IMG/VR virus record: IMGVR_UViG_3300031088_000759
DNA from: a virus
Direction: 5' to 3' (one strand)
Length of the DNA stretch: 64,000 bases
This document shows, piece after piece, positions 10,064-19,954 of this stretch. Made by a program: the position numbers and the translations under genes. The first letter of the stretch is position 1. Each line of letters begins with the position of its first letter. The notes under the pieces were generated by a model that was not told the DNA's origin, searched no databases, and worked only from the letters and a program-made list of their open reading frames with translations.

Positions 10064-10160
10064 GGCCCTGAGACTTCACGGTTGCGACCCGTAAAGGATT
10101 TAACATTTAAAACACACGCTCAGTCCTAATCGTGTATTACCTTTTTCAAGGCTGTTTAAC
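10064..10160 (-). ncRNA. Duplicated pseudoknotted RNA, copy 2
   Basis: See 7895-7989. Confidence 0.6.
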
Positions 10161-10331
10161 AAAAAATGGAAAAGATAAAAATGCTTGGACAAACCCGAAA
10201 GTTCATGCCCCAAAACATTCTACTGAAAATGTTCCGCGATACACCACAAGCCCATTTGGACCCCGCCAGCCGCGACACTGGCACCTTTATCTCATCCCTT
10301 GCTAAACCGTTCAGTAATTGATTTAACAAGT

Positions 10332-10416
10332 TGGTAGGCACGGTGAGATTCGAACTCACGAAGACTTAACACTACTTTATCAGAGTAGCCCCTTTGAACC
10401 GCTTGGATACGTGCCT
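10332..10416 (-). tRNA. tRNA-Ile(GAU), long variable region, CCA encoded
   Basis: Loop CTGATAA. Confidence 0.8.
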
Positions 10417-10739
10417 ATAATTTTTCATTCACTATTATATTATCAAAAAAACTTTATCTTACATTTAGATTATATCAAACTTTTTCTTTCTTGTCAAGTC
10501 AGCGGATAAATTATTTACTATCAATTTCCTTCTTGACACTCACTACTATACTACACTTAATATCTTTTGTCAAATCCAATCTCGTTATCGCTCTGGATAA
10601 TTCCTCAACTTCGTTCAACAATGTATACTGTATCAAACTTTTTTCTGCATGTCAAGTTTTCTTGTTAGATAGTTTTCATTAACAAAGAGAGCATAGCAAG
10701 AATTTTATCCCACTATGCTCCCGAATGTTAAAAAGAATT

Positions 10740-11318
10740 TCAACGAGGTTCTTTGTCGAAAAGTTCATACATCTCCTGAGCCTTATCATACGCATTATTA
10801 GCGCTAACTTTATGCGAAGCTTGAACAAAGAGTCCATCTTCATCTTCCAAATAAACAGAATATGATTTATCTTTGTCTTCCACAACTCTTACAGAATATT
10901 CTACTGGAATGTGCCCTGATTCATCCATATGTTCTGAAATTTTATTTCTTATATCTTCGTTAATTTTCGATGATTGCTTACCTAAAATCAAATCTTTTCC
11001 AACATCACCATAATCAAAATGTTTAATATGTTTTAATTGTTCAGCATCATCTTTGCTGTTATTCATCAACTGTTCGAACTCATACCCTTTTGGATGTTCA
11101 TAGATTGAAGAAGATAATTCCAGTGATTGTTTTGCTTTTTTGAAAGAAGCTATTTTGTCATACTTTTCAGAGAGAATTTTTTCATTTGCAGAATTTGCAT
11201 CATTAATATTGTCAAAATGGTTTTCTGATTTGCTGACAGGACATTTTTCAGAAGTTGTGGTACATCTTCCCACTTTATTTGAAAAATTGATGTGATAACT
11301 GCTTTTTTGCTTTGCCAT
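10740..11318 (-). CDS. HCCH-tag hypothetical protein
   Basis: YHINF..C..C..HF N-terminus. Confidence 0.8.
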   Translation of the reverse strand: MAKQKSSYHINFSNKVGRCTTTSEKCPVSKSENHFDNINDANSANEKILSEKYDKIASFKKAKQSLELSSSIYEHPKGYEFEQLMNNSKDDAEQLKHIKHFDYGDVGKDLILGKQSSKINEDIRNKISEHMDESGHIPVEYSVRVVEDKDKSYSVYLEDEDGLFVQASHKVSANNAYDKAQEMYELFDKEPR

Positions 11319-11506
11319 TGCTTGCCCCTCTGGATTTGTATTGTTGTACTAATTATCCAAATAGATTCTATAACGCAAAACGAAGAGAGCACAACAAGAA
11401 TATTATCTCGCTGTGCTCCCGAATGTTAAAACATAATATCAAACTTCAACAATTTTGTCAAGATATCCAAAATATTGTCCGCTGTTTATAGAATGTATAA
11501 TTTTTA

Positions 11507-12325
11507 TTACTTTTGCGTGTGTTTATAATCTGTAAAATATGCTTTTATTATATTGGTATGAGCACCGTTTTTAACAAAAGCGACACCTGTTTTATCATTA
11601 ATATGTTCAATATTATGTTGAGTAAAAAACTTATTAATATTAGGACTATTGTAAAAAGCTACTTCACGCGATGATGGAAAAAGTTCAACATAATCAAAAG
11701 TTTGCGAGGACAATATAATTGTTTTATTAAAAGATTTTAAAATTCTGTAATCCATCGTTAATAATTCTCGAAATTCTTCCGAAAGATGACTATAATGTGG
11801 TAAACTATCTAGGATAAGAAACTTTGTTTTGTCATGCTGACCGACTACGTTTGATCGCACAAAATTAAATAGTGCTTCAGTTATGTAGTCGATATCATCT
11901 TTGTGAAAGTCAAAGTATTTGTATTGATTTTTGTTATTTTTTAAATTCTCGATAAATGTATTGATAAATATGCTTTTTCCTATTCCTGTCATTCCTGTGA
12001 CATGAACGAAGGGAGATGTGTTTTCATTATCTATTTTCCAATAATAATTTTTATTATCAATTCCTAAGCCTAAATTGATTTGACCCTTTGTTTTATTTTT
12101 CTCTAGTCTATGAAATTTCATTAATCGTGAAATTTCATAGTTCGAGTATTTGCCAATATTCATTGCATTTCGTATGCTAGTGTCTTCTATACTTCCAGGT
12201 TTAATGTTAATTTTAAATCCTTCTTTGCGAAAAATAGGATCTTTGGAAATGATTCTTATCGTATTTGTCTTATTGTCTAAAACTGCTTTCACATTGTGTA
12301 AATCAATAATCTTGTTTTTTGACAT
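11507..12325 (-). CDS. P-loop NTPase (FtsK/HerA-like)
   Basis: GMTGIGKS Walker A, LILD Walker B, SSQ. Confidence 0.6.
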   Translation of the reverse strand: MSKNKIIDLHNVKAVLDNKTNTIRIISKDPIFRKEGFKINIKPGSIEDTSIRNAMNIGKYSNYEISRLMKFHRLEKNKTKGQINLGLGIDNKNYYWKIDNENTSPFVHVTGMTGIGKSIFINTFIENLKNNKNQYKYFDFHKDDIDYITEALFNFVRSNVVGQHDKTKFLILDSLPHYSHLSEEFRELLTMDYRILKSFNKTIILSSQTFDYVELFPSSREVAFYNSPNINKFFTQHNIEHINDKTGVAFVKNGAHTNIIKAYFTDYKHTQK

Positions 12326-12432
12326 ATTATTTTTCCTTTTCTATTATTTTTTATGTAGATGGGCTGGAGAATGCCAGTTCATAATAAAATCTTTTCTATG
12401 TTACTTAAATGATGTTAAAGAATTGAAGAAAT

Positions 12433-12585
12433 CTATCGAAGTTTAGAACCTTTTTCTAATCGTTCTCTCTCACGCTTAGCACGCCTTTGCTTCTTAGCTT
12501 GCTGAATTTTTCGTTCTTCAGGATCATTTCGTAAAAATTCAGCATATTCAACATACATCTCATCAAGCGATTTTTCGTTATTCAT
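12433..12585 (-). CDS. Small basic protein (50 aa)
   Basis: Hand-read ORF overlapping the stop of the upstream gene. Confidence 0.5.
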   Translation of the reverse strand: MNNEKSLDEMYVEYAEFLRNDPEERKIQQAKKQRRAKRERERLEKGSKLR

Positions 12586-12947
12586 TCAAATACTCCATCA
12601 ACCCAATCGTATTTTTTCACACGATTTTTTTCAACTCTTTCTTCTTCCATATTCAGCAAATCTTCAGCAAGATTTTTTAAACAGTTTTCTACAGAACCAT
12701 AGGTTTTAAGATTATCCATTGATACGCTGTATGAAACAGTACGTTGCCAAAAACCTAAAATATTCTTTTGTAATTCAAGCTCAAAAACAAGTGTTTCTTC
12801 TCTGCTCACTTTAAGTTTCCAGCGGTAATCTTTACGAAGCTCGGGAAGTAAAGACATAATATCTTCTTCCATCACTCGTTTGTAAAGCGTTTCTTTCTGT
12901 TCTTTATTGTATGATGGAACTAAAATCTTTTCAGCCATGTTCATCAA
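12582..12947 (-). CDS. Hypothetical protein
   Basis: ORF track, translationally coupled. Confidence 0.7.
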   Translation of the reverse strand: MMNMAEKILVPSYNKEQKETLYKRVMEEDIMSLLPELRKDYRWKLKVSREETLVFELELQKNILGFWQRTVSYSVSMDNLKTYGSVENCLKNLAEDLLNMEEERVEKNRVKKYDWVDGVFE

Positions 12948-13339
12948 CTTTCATTAGTAGTATCTTTGTGCGATTCTTTTCCTACACTTTTCATAGCTTT
13001 AAGAATCAAGTCTACATCATCTCCATCAAACTCCCAGCTTAAAGCGATTCCGTAATCTTCGCCTAATTGAGAAATTTTGTTTTTCAATTCTTGTCTTTCA
13101 GGGTCTTCTTCAAATCCCGACAATATTACCTTACTATGATACCATTTTCCAGTGTAATTCTCAGCTTTTTCAATAATTTCTTTCATTTCTTGAATATTTG
13201 GCAAATCATAATGAATAATTTCAGAATCTTCATCAATGGTGCGTAGTTCATTGAGCAATTCGTCAATTTCTTCTTCACTACATTCATGATTTGGGGCACA
13301 AGTAGAGACTCTTCGTACTTTTTCAGTCATATATATCAA
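12944..13339 (-). CDS. Hypothetical protein
   Basis: ORF track, RBS. Confidence 0.7.
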   Translation of the reverse strand: MIYMTEKVRRVSTCAPNHECSEEEIDELLNELRTIDEDSEIIHYDLPNIQEMKEIIEKAENYTGKWYHSKVILSGFEEDPERQELKNKISQLGEDYGIALSWEFDGDDVDLILKAMKSVGKESHKDTTNES

Positions 13340-13444
13340 CCTCTTTTAAATAGGTGCTTAAAAATTTAATAAGCATTTATTTACTATGAATTTGTTGATC
13401 TATTTATCAATCTCATTTGACCTCATGCCAAAAGTTCTGTGAAT

Positions 13445-14125
13445 TCACCAACCGAAATCTACTGGAACATAGACTTGTGATTGTGGTCTAATAAATTCTT
13501 TTGTTCGTGGTTTAAGAACATCTGATTCTGTTACACGAATAAGTAATCTCCAACCTGTTTTATCAGCCGGAATAGCACGGTGAACATTCCACCAGTCCCA
13601 TGAAACCCAAGCATCACTCAAAGAAACAACATCAAGTTTACTTTCTTCTACTAGAGGATTGACTTTTTGGGTCAACTCTTTGTACAAGTCAGGATTGTCA
13701 AAGTTTTCAATGTCTAATTCAAAAGGTTGGTTAACAAATTCAGTAGGTGAATCTAAACCTACAGAAATAACGTGATAATGTGGCGCAATTTCTGGCAATT
13801 CTGCTTGTTTGTCTAAGCGAGGTTTTCCCTTAGCATCAGGAAGCAGCTCTTCGCCACGCGGAACACCATCTGTGTGCCAACCAGGGATGGCAGGATACCA
13901 ACCAGGCATAAGTAATGTAACCTTTGTGTCAACTGTTATGTAGTTTTTATCCCCGACTAATGGAACAGTTTCTAAAAGTTCACGCATCAAAGGTCCACCA
14001 TACATGACAGCATTTTCTAAAGATGGACGGCGTAATACAGGAGTTGACTCCACCGCTTCCCCCGAAATATTTTCAACAACTTTTTCGTGAATAGTAATAG
14101 GGTTTTGGCTGAATACGAATTTCAT
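13445..14125 (-). CDS. 2OG-Fe(II) dioxygenase-like protein
   Basis: WHTDG (HxD), VHRA, WRLLIRV. Confidence 0.7.
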   Translation of the reverse strand: MKFVFSQNPITIHEKVVENISGEAVESTPVLRRPSLENAVMYGGPLMRELLETVPLVGDKNYITVDTKVTLLMPGWYPAIPGWHTDGVPRGEELLPDAKGKPRLDKQAELPEIAPHYHVISVGLDSPTEFVNQPFELDIENFDNPDLYKELTQKVNPLVEESKLDVVSLSDAWVSWDWWNVHRAIPADKTGWRLLIRVTESDVLKPRTKEFIRPQSQVYVPVDFGW

Positions 14126-14212
14126 AAATAATCACCTTTTCGTAGAATTGATAGTTGATAGTGAATTTTAAGAATCACATTGATTATTATATCAACTCAT
14201 CAGAAATATTGT

Positions 14213-14473
14213 TTAAATGTCCCTGTTATTGTTCTTGTTATATTTATGAACAAGATTATATCCTTCTTGAACATTGCTGAAATCTATTCCATATCCAAAT
14301 CCGTCATAGCGCTCATCAAATCTTCTATCAGTAGGACCATTGTCACCTGTCTCGGTGGTATATATAAAGTTTTCTTCATATTTGGGGCATTTTTCGTCAT
14401 CATCGTATAAAGCTACGTCAAGATCATTAGCATTACAAAAAATACACCTTCCGCCTTGATAAACATGGTTCAT
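14213..14473 (-). CDS. Hypothetical protein
   Basis: ORF track; likely start MNHVY. Confidence 0.55.
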   Translation of the reverse strand: MNHVYQGGRCIFCNANDLDVALYDDDEKCPKYEENFIYTTETGDNGPTDRRFDERYDGFGYGIDFSNVQEGYNLVHKYNKNNNRDI

Positions 14474-14710
14474 AATATAGTTATCTTTCTTAAACGTATA
14501 AATGTAATTCAAAAGTAAAAAGGAAACAGTAATAGAGTTAATTAAGTTCTATGTATTTTTACAACACTCCTGTTTCACAAGTGTCAAGATGGATCTCCCA
14601 GCTCTATCCATCTGATCACATGATTGGCTTCTCCTCGCAAGACAATAACGTTTGTTGCTAAGTATCTTAAGTTTTTAGAACAAATATTATCGAATTACTA
14701 TGTGATTCCG

Positions 14711-14780
14711 AGCGGGCGAGAAGAATCGAACTTCTACTTTCAGCTGGTCTGCTGATGTTCTACCATTAAACTACTGCCGC
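14711..14780 (-). pseudogene. Gly-like tRNA with a 6-nt loop (AGACCA)
   Basis: D and T arms intact, imperfect acceptor. Confidence 0.55.
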
Positions 14781-15112
14781 ATAACGCCCGTGGGGATACA
14801 CAGGCGGGCTTTTTAACAAGTTTAGCAATAATCCCTTATCTAACTCATTCTACGCCACCACAGCGCGTTCTATCAAGTTCTATCGCGTCCTCTGACTTGG
14901 TAAGAACTAAGATGCTGGTTATGAGTCATACATCTATTGTCATAGAAACATAAATTATCTTATCACAAAAACAAGATAATGGTGAATATAGTTTTTCATC
15001 TAATCCAATAGCCAGCAGGAATCGAACCTACTTACACCACCACTATTAAATCCATATAGTTAGCCTATTCCAAGATTATCCGTGATTAAATCAGAACTGT
15101 GTACCAGTGTTG

Positions 15113-15239
15113 AGCTTAATCGGACTCGAACCGCGTTCAAAGTGTTCCACTAAGAACTCACCATTCCGCTCATGCCAATAGTCATCAACTATCTGCATCA
15201 AAATCAACAAAGATTAGCTATTTCTTTGTCAATCAAGCT
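15113..15239 (-). ncRNA. T-arm-containing multi-helix RNA
   Basis: AGCTTGAT/ATTAAGCT closure, CGG-TTCGAGT-CCG. Confidence 0.45.
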
Positions 15240-15283
15240 TTATATTGTAGAAACTAAACCCTTATTCAAAGTTTAACATCCAT

Positions 15284-15631
15284 TCAGTTTTTGAGAAATA
15301 CACCAGGTTCGGGTAATTCATCAGGCATCAATTCGGCAAAATCGCATTCTTCTGTAATGATTGTTCCATCAGCCAACTCGATATCTCTGTAAAGAATAGC
15401 TGAATTATCCGAATAAGCGGATAGAACCTCTCTCTTGCCATCACGAACATCATTTAATACGTTTTCATCAACTTGTGAGAAGAGGAACAATGGACCACCA
15501 AGAGAACAGTCAGCATAAGAGCTAAAATAATATTGCTTTTTATTCTCATCCTCTAAAACACCTACTTGAGGTCCATCATAATAAAACCATGTTTCAAGAA
15601 GTTTCATATCATCTTTATTAAACATAAACAC
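15284..15631 (-). CDS. Hypothetical protein
   Basis: ORF track. Confidence 0.7.
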   Translation of the reverse strand: MFMFNKDDMKLLETWFYYDGPQVGVLEDENKKQYYFSSYADCSLGGPLFLFSQVDENVLNDVRDGKREVLSAYSDNSAILYRDIELADGTIITEECDFAELMPDELPEPGVFLKN

Positions 15632-15660
15632 CTGATTCTTTTAGTCAGTTATAAAAACTA

Positions 15661-15780
15661 GAAACACACCGGGGATTCGAACCCCGCTCAGATTCATTAG
15701 ACCAGTTACCACAGCCGGATTTATCCCACTGCAAGGGACTCAAACCCTATTCTTTCACTTTCGCCAATTTCGTGCATTTC
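15661..15780 (-). ncRNA. Double-T-loop RNA
   Basis: 9-bp closure enclosing two T-arm hairpins. Confidence 0.5.
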
Positions 15781-15861
15781 GTCCAAAGGATTTCTTGAAC
15801 AACCATGAATGATCAGTTCATGTCATTTCACAAAGTTTTGAACCTTCATGAAATACCTACG

Positions 15862-15933
15862 CGATTCTATGGAGACTCGAACTCCAATGACCGGATCGAC
15901 AATCCAGCATAATAACCTTTATATGATAGAACC
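15862..15933 (-). tRNA. tRNA-Asp(GUC)
   Basis: Loop TTGTCGA. Confidence 0.85.
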
Positions 15934-16009
15934 ATGTTTGACAAAATCAATTATTACATAAAATATAAATTTTGTCAAACTTTATACAACTTCTAGAATA
16001 CGAAACTCA

Positions 16010-16348
16010 TCACTTCATGATGTCTGACATCTTCACACGGTGCTCAACAATAAGCTCATCAGCCCTATGCTTAGTTCCAAAATCTCCCCAACCAGAATGA
16101 TTGAACATAACACGAACAGTAAGAGCACCATTAGCCTTCAGCTTAAAATTAGGAAAGACAAAGAAATACCCACCGAAATCCTGGTAATCCTTATCGTCAA
16201 TCAGACGAACATGATTCTCGAGATTCTTCTTTACCTTATTGATAAGAACATTCTTCTTTACCTTAATCTTCTTTGCCTCCGCAACAGTCATGTCATCCGA
16301 CACAACCAGTTTAGCAAGATTCTTCTCAAAGACTGCCTTGTTCATCAT
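16010..16348 (-). CDS. Hypothetical protein under a putative NAD+-II riboswitch
   Basis: ORF; start moved to 16348 on SD spacing. Confidence 0.75.
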   Translation of the reverse strand: MMNKAVFEKNLAKLVVSDDMTVAEAKKIKVKKNVLINKVKKNLENHVRLIDDKDYQDFGGYFFVFPNFKLKANGALTVRVMFNHSGWGDFGTKHRADELIVEHRVKMSDIMK

Positions 16349-16358
16349 TCTAACCATT

Positions 16359-16394
16359 CTCCTTGTTTTTTCTCCGGCGTAGGAATAACCCGGA
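16359..16394 (-). promoter_or_regulatory. Mini-NAD+-II-like riboswitch, copy 1
   Basis: TCCGG-GTT-ATTCCT-ACG-CCGGA-GAAAAAAC-AAGGAG; same motif precedes pnuC. Confidence 0.7.
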
Positions 16395-16484
16395 CTTTTT
16401 ATCTTTCTTGTTATGTTTTAATAATACCATAAAACATAAATTTTGTCAAACTTTTCAAAACTGTTCATTATAAACTTTTAAATC

Positions 16485-16877
16485 TTAAACAGTAGTGTAA
16501 ACTGTTGTAGTAGTCTTCTTCTCCAAAAGTTCAACAATCTTCTCATCAGGGATATAGAAATTCCTATATTCCCAATCAATAATTTCCATACCGAAACCAA
16601 AAACCTGAACATCCTCATCATTCTCACGAAGACAAATCAAAGCAATATTCTTGTCATATCCAAAAATACTCTCTTCATCTTCAACAACCCACACCTGATA
16701 ATGACGACCACTCTCAGTGTAAACATCCATAAAATCTTCAAAAAGAAAAACCTTAGAAAGCTCACTGAACGTTTCAACAGACTTTGAAGGCTGATAATCA
16801 TCAACAACCACAGTTACAGAACTATTGATCAAATCATTATAGACATCATCCGCTGAAATTTTTGTGAACTCTGGCAT
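16485..16877 (-). CDS. Hypothetical protein
   Basis: AAGGAG RBS, own promoter. Confidence 0.75.
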   Translation of the reverse strand: MPEFTKISADDVYNDLINSSVTVVVDDYQPSKSVETFSELSKVFLFEDFMDVYTESGRHYQVWVVEDEESIFGYDKNIALICLRENDEDVQVFGFGMEIIDWEYRNFYIPDEKIVELLEKKTTTTVYTTV

Positions 16878-16973
16878 TGCCTTCTCCTTGAGATGATTTT
16901 ACTTTTCAAAAGAAGCATACCACATTTAACAAATAGTGTCAAATAGTTTTCACGGATTTAACAAATTATTACC

Positions 16974-17456
16974 TTAAAGTGGTAAAGAAACTTGCTCTTG
17001 TTCAGTCTCAGAAAAAATTATAATTTCCAAACTATCTTCTGTAAAATAGAACTTTCCTTCAATGTACTTATCCTCTGAAGAAATTCCATGAAAATCAACC
17101 GCACTCCCGTTAAACATAGCATCAGTTGTTTCGTCATTCTCTAGATAATCAATATTGTCAAGTTCTGTTTCTTCTTTAAGAAGTCCTAAAATCTTGTCCC
17201 TGTCAATATGAATTTCTTTAAAAGTTTTGGGTTCTGCATAATAGTTTTGAATTGTAACGGGCGTATCAGAAGCTATCTTTACAGGACTATTGAAAGCAAC
17301 TGCTGTAATTATAATTACAGCTACAATACTTGCTCCTCCTACCAAAAGCCCGCTAAGCTCATCTAAATCATGAAAAACAAAAATAAGTATAATGACAATA
17401 GGGATAATAATAACAACAGGTAGAAGCCATTCAGGTAACCATTCAATACTAAACAT
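16974..17456 (-). CDS. Membrane protein with two TM segments
   Basis: Likely start MFSIEWLP; hydrophobic N-terminus. Confidence 0.7.
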   Translation of the reverse strand: MFSIEWLPEWLLPVVIIIPIVIILIFVFHDLDELSGLLVGGASIVAVIIITAVAFNSPVKIASDTPVTIQNYYAEPKTFKEIHIDRDKILGLLKEETELDNIDYLENDETTDAMFNGSAVDFHGISSEDKYIEGKFYFTEDSLEIIIFSETEQEQVSLPL

Positions 17457-17535
17457 TTTACAATCCAACTTTCGCTTTGACAGATAAAAAGAAAAGTGAA
17501 AAATACGATATAAACAAATGGTGTTTTTCACTTCG

Positions 17536-17722
17536 TGGCAGGTAATGGATTCGAACCACTCCAGCATTTCAAAGAGATCAACCTCTGAAACAATCAAACT
17601 AAACACATTTCATTACTGAACATCAGGTACCTTAATGTTCTTTAACTACTTTTGTATTCCCGCTTGATTTAGTGCAACTATCTGACCGATAGCCTCTGCT
17701 TCACCACGCAAAGCAACCTACC
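17536..17722 (-). ncRNA. Giant tRNA-like RNA (187 nt) with an inserted multi-helix domain
   Basis: GGTAGGT/ACCTGCC-A acceptor, D arm, T arm. Confidence 0.65.
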
Positions 17723-17779
17723 ATATTAAACATTTCCATCAATTGCTCAATAATCAGATCAACTATTATTCAACAATCG

Positions 17780-17863
17780 TGCGGATGAGAGGACTCGAAC
17801 CTCCACGCTTTTACCAAGCACCAGGGCCTAAACCTGACGTGTCTACCATTTCACCACATCCGC
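17780..17863 (-). tRNA. tRNA-Leu(UAG)
   Basis: Loop TTTAGGC. Confidence 0.9.
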
Positions 17864-18280
17864 AAAACAATGGAATAAGGATAGTTAATCCCGCACCATC
17901 ACATACCATCAATTGTCAGCGTTCAAGGATTACAAGTGCTCTACAATTGTTTTACAGCAGGTATTTACCGAGTCTCAGAAACTACCTATATGGATCTTCA
18001 CAGTGCCATATTACTGACCAAGGAACAACCTTGATAAAACTATACTAACATAGATAAGAATATTTGTCAACTCATGTTGAGAGAATCTACGAGAGGTTAT
18101 AGCAATCCACACAATGCTTTGTTAAGGGATGAGAAATCGTTTTTGAACAATCTACACTTATTATTGTTTCGTGCTTTCTGGGACCGCTGTGAGGCTTTTA
18201 AAAACAAAAAAGTGCCGATTATGATGGAGAAAAGATTTGAGAATAAATTTAAACCATTAACCATAATCGGCACTTTTACG

Positions 18281-18361
18281 CGGAAGGCACGAGGCTCGAA
18301 CTCGCAACCCTATCGGGCATCTCCGTAGCAAGGAGACTGCTTTCCAATTCGCTTACCTTCC
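18281..18361 (-). tRNA. tRNA-Ser(GCU)
   Basis: Loop TTGCTAC. Confidence 0.85.
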
Positions 18362-18517
18362 ATAATTCGTAAAGCGCGTATTCTTTAACAAGGGCGCTAC
18401 CCCCGGAACCTGGCTTTACTTTTTCAGGTTTTGTGTGCTCAAAGCCTTTGCTCTGAGCCTCAAAGATTAGAGAAGCCCGCTTTTATCCAAAACTTAATTT
18501 GGAAGCCAGCCTCTCAG

Positions 18518-18591
18518 TACCCCGTACCAGATTCGAACTGGTGTCAATTTGAGTGAAAATCAAATATCCTAGGCCGCTAGATCAACGGGGC
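18518..18591 (-). tRNA. tRNA-Glu(UUC)
   Basis: Loop TTTTCAC. Confidence 0.9.
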
Positions 18592-18832
18592 GTACATTAT
18601 TCACGTTAACTAACTTTTAACTAATAATTCTTAAATATCCACCGTCCCAAACCTGAGACACGCACCGTAGTGATACGACAATTTCAATTTAAGCAAATCT
18701 CTATTTTATTTTTTCAACAAGTTTATTCTAACATATTAAAATAATTTTGTCAAATTATACTAACTTTTGAAAACCTATCCATGAACATTATTTACACAGA
18801 GGGAATAGGTGTCTAACAAAAAATCCTATTTT

Positions 18833-18957
18833 TAGCACACTGGCATAGGCAACCAGTTAACTAATTGATTATTAAAATTCCTGCTTGAATGTATTTTTAA
18901 TAATCTTCTCGTGCTATTAACAACTGAAACTAACTTCCCAGCAGACCTATTAGTTTC
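18833..18957 (-). ncRNA. Multi-pseudoknot RNA 3' of tRNA-fMet, copy 2
   Basis: See 2592-2719. Confidence 0.7.
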
Positions 18958-18961
18958 TTCG

Positions 18962-19035
18962 TAGCGGGAGCAGGATTCGAACCTGCGACCTCTTGGTTAT
19001 GAGCCAAGCGAGCTACCGAACTGCTCCACCCCGCG
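18962..19035 (-). tRNA. Initiator tRNA-fMet(CAU)
   Basis: CGCGGGGTGGAGCAG start, loop CTCATAA. Confidence 0.9.
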
Positions 19036-19106
19036 ATGTTTTACATACTTATCTTATCAAAGAAATATTGTTTTGTCAAATGTTTTAAAACTTTTCTTCA
19101 ATATCG

Positions 19107-19177
19107 AGCGGATAACGAGAATCGAACTCGTGTCAACTGCATGGCAAGCAGTTATAATACCATTATACCATATCCGC
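19107..19177 (-). tRNA. tRNA-Gly(GCC)
   Basis: Loop TTGCCAT. Confidence 0.9.
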
Positions 19178-19217
19178 GTATTCATTATTAAATATCAAAA
19201 CAATTTTTTAATACACG

Positions 19218-19290
19218 CTCCCCCACCTGGACTCGAACCAGGAACCCTCCGGTTAACAGCCGAATGCTCTGCCAATTGAGCTATAGAGGA
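19218..19290 (-). tRNA. tRNA-Asn(GUU)
   Basis: Loop CTGTTAA. Confidence 0.9.
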
Positions 19291-19431
19291 ATGTGGTAAG
19301 CCCTGCAGAACTTACCAAGAGTCTTTGTTGAGATTGTTAAACCTCTTTTTGAAACCCTGAAAAAATACGACCAGTTTCGGAAAACGACCGTAAGCAATGT
19401 AGTTGAAAACATTTTATGAATGATTCAACCG

Positions 19432-19503
19432 AGCGGGTAGCGAGAATCGAACTCGCGTCGTCTGCTTGGAAGGCAGAAGTAATAGCCGTTATACCATACC
19501 CGC
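19432..19503 (-). tRNA. tRNA-Gly(UCC)
   Basis: Loop CTTCCAA. Confidence 0.9.
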
Positions 19504-19601
19504 ATGATTGGCTGTTCCTGACATTTACCCGCATGTCCAAAATACGGGCACCAATTCTAAACTATTTAATTATATTGATTAACCTTTTATCAAGGCTTAG
19601 T

Positions 19602-19673
19602 ATACTAAATGGGACTCGAACCCATGCTGACACTCCTTCTCGGAGCCGCTCTAGCCAACTGAGCTATTAGTAC
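19602..19673 (-). ncRNA. tRNA-like RNA with a 5-nt GAGAA loop in place of the anticodon
   Basis: Canonical D and T arms. Confidence 0.6.
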
Positions 19674-19783
19674 AATTTTTTTGACAATGAACACCATACT
19701 TGAAGAAACCCTAATCTCTTCTCCGATTTGAAACATTGCTTTATTCAAAAAAGTTAGGGCAATTTTGAACAAAGAAAATAAAT

Positions 19784-19861
19784 AACGTTTTCTGGAATCG
19801 AACCAGGTCGCCATCTTCCCGGATGGTTATTAACGAGCATTGCCATTATGCTAAAAACATT
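19784..19861 (-). ncRNA. tRNA-like RNA with a bulged extended anticodon arm
   Basis: 8-bp acceptor, 4-bp T stem, CCATC-CGGGAA-GATGG. Confidence 0.55.
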
Positions 19862-19868
19862 ATTTAAG

Positions 19869-19942
19869 TACCCCCCCTGGGACTCGAACCCAGACTCTGC
19901 GGATTAAAAGTCCGAAGCTTTAACCAATTAAGCTAGAGAGGC
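19869..19942 (-). tRNA. tRNA-Lys(UUU)
   Basis: Loop CTTTTAA. Confidence 0.85.
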
Positions 19943-19954
19943 ATACATTATAAA

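Noticed and set aside
17457-17606. N-terminal extension of the 16974-17606 ORF
   Set aside because: It overlaps the tRNA-like RNA, and the hydrophobic protein starts plausibly at 17456
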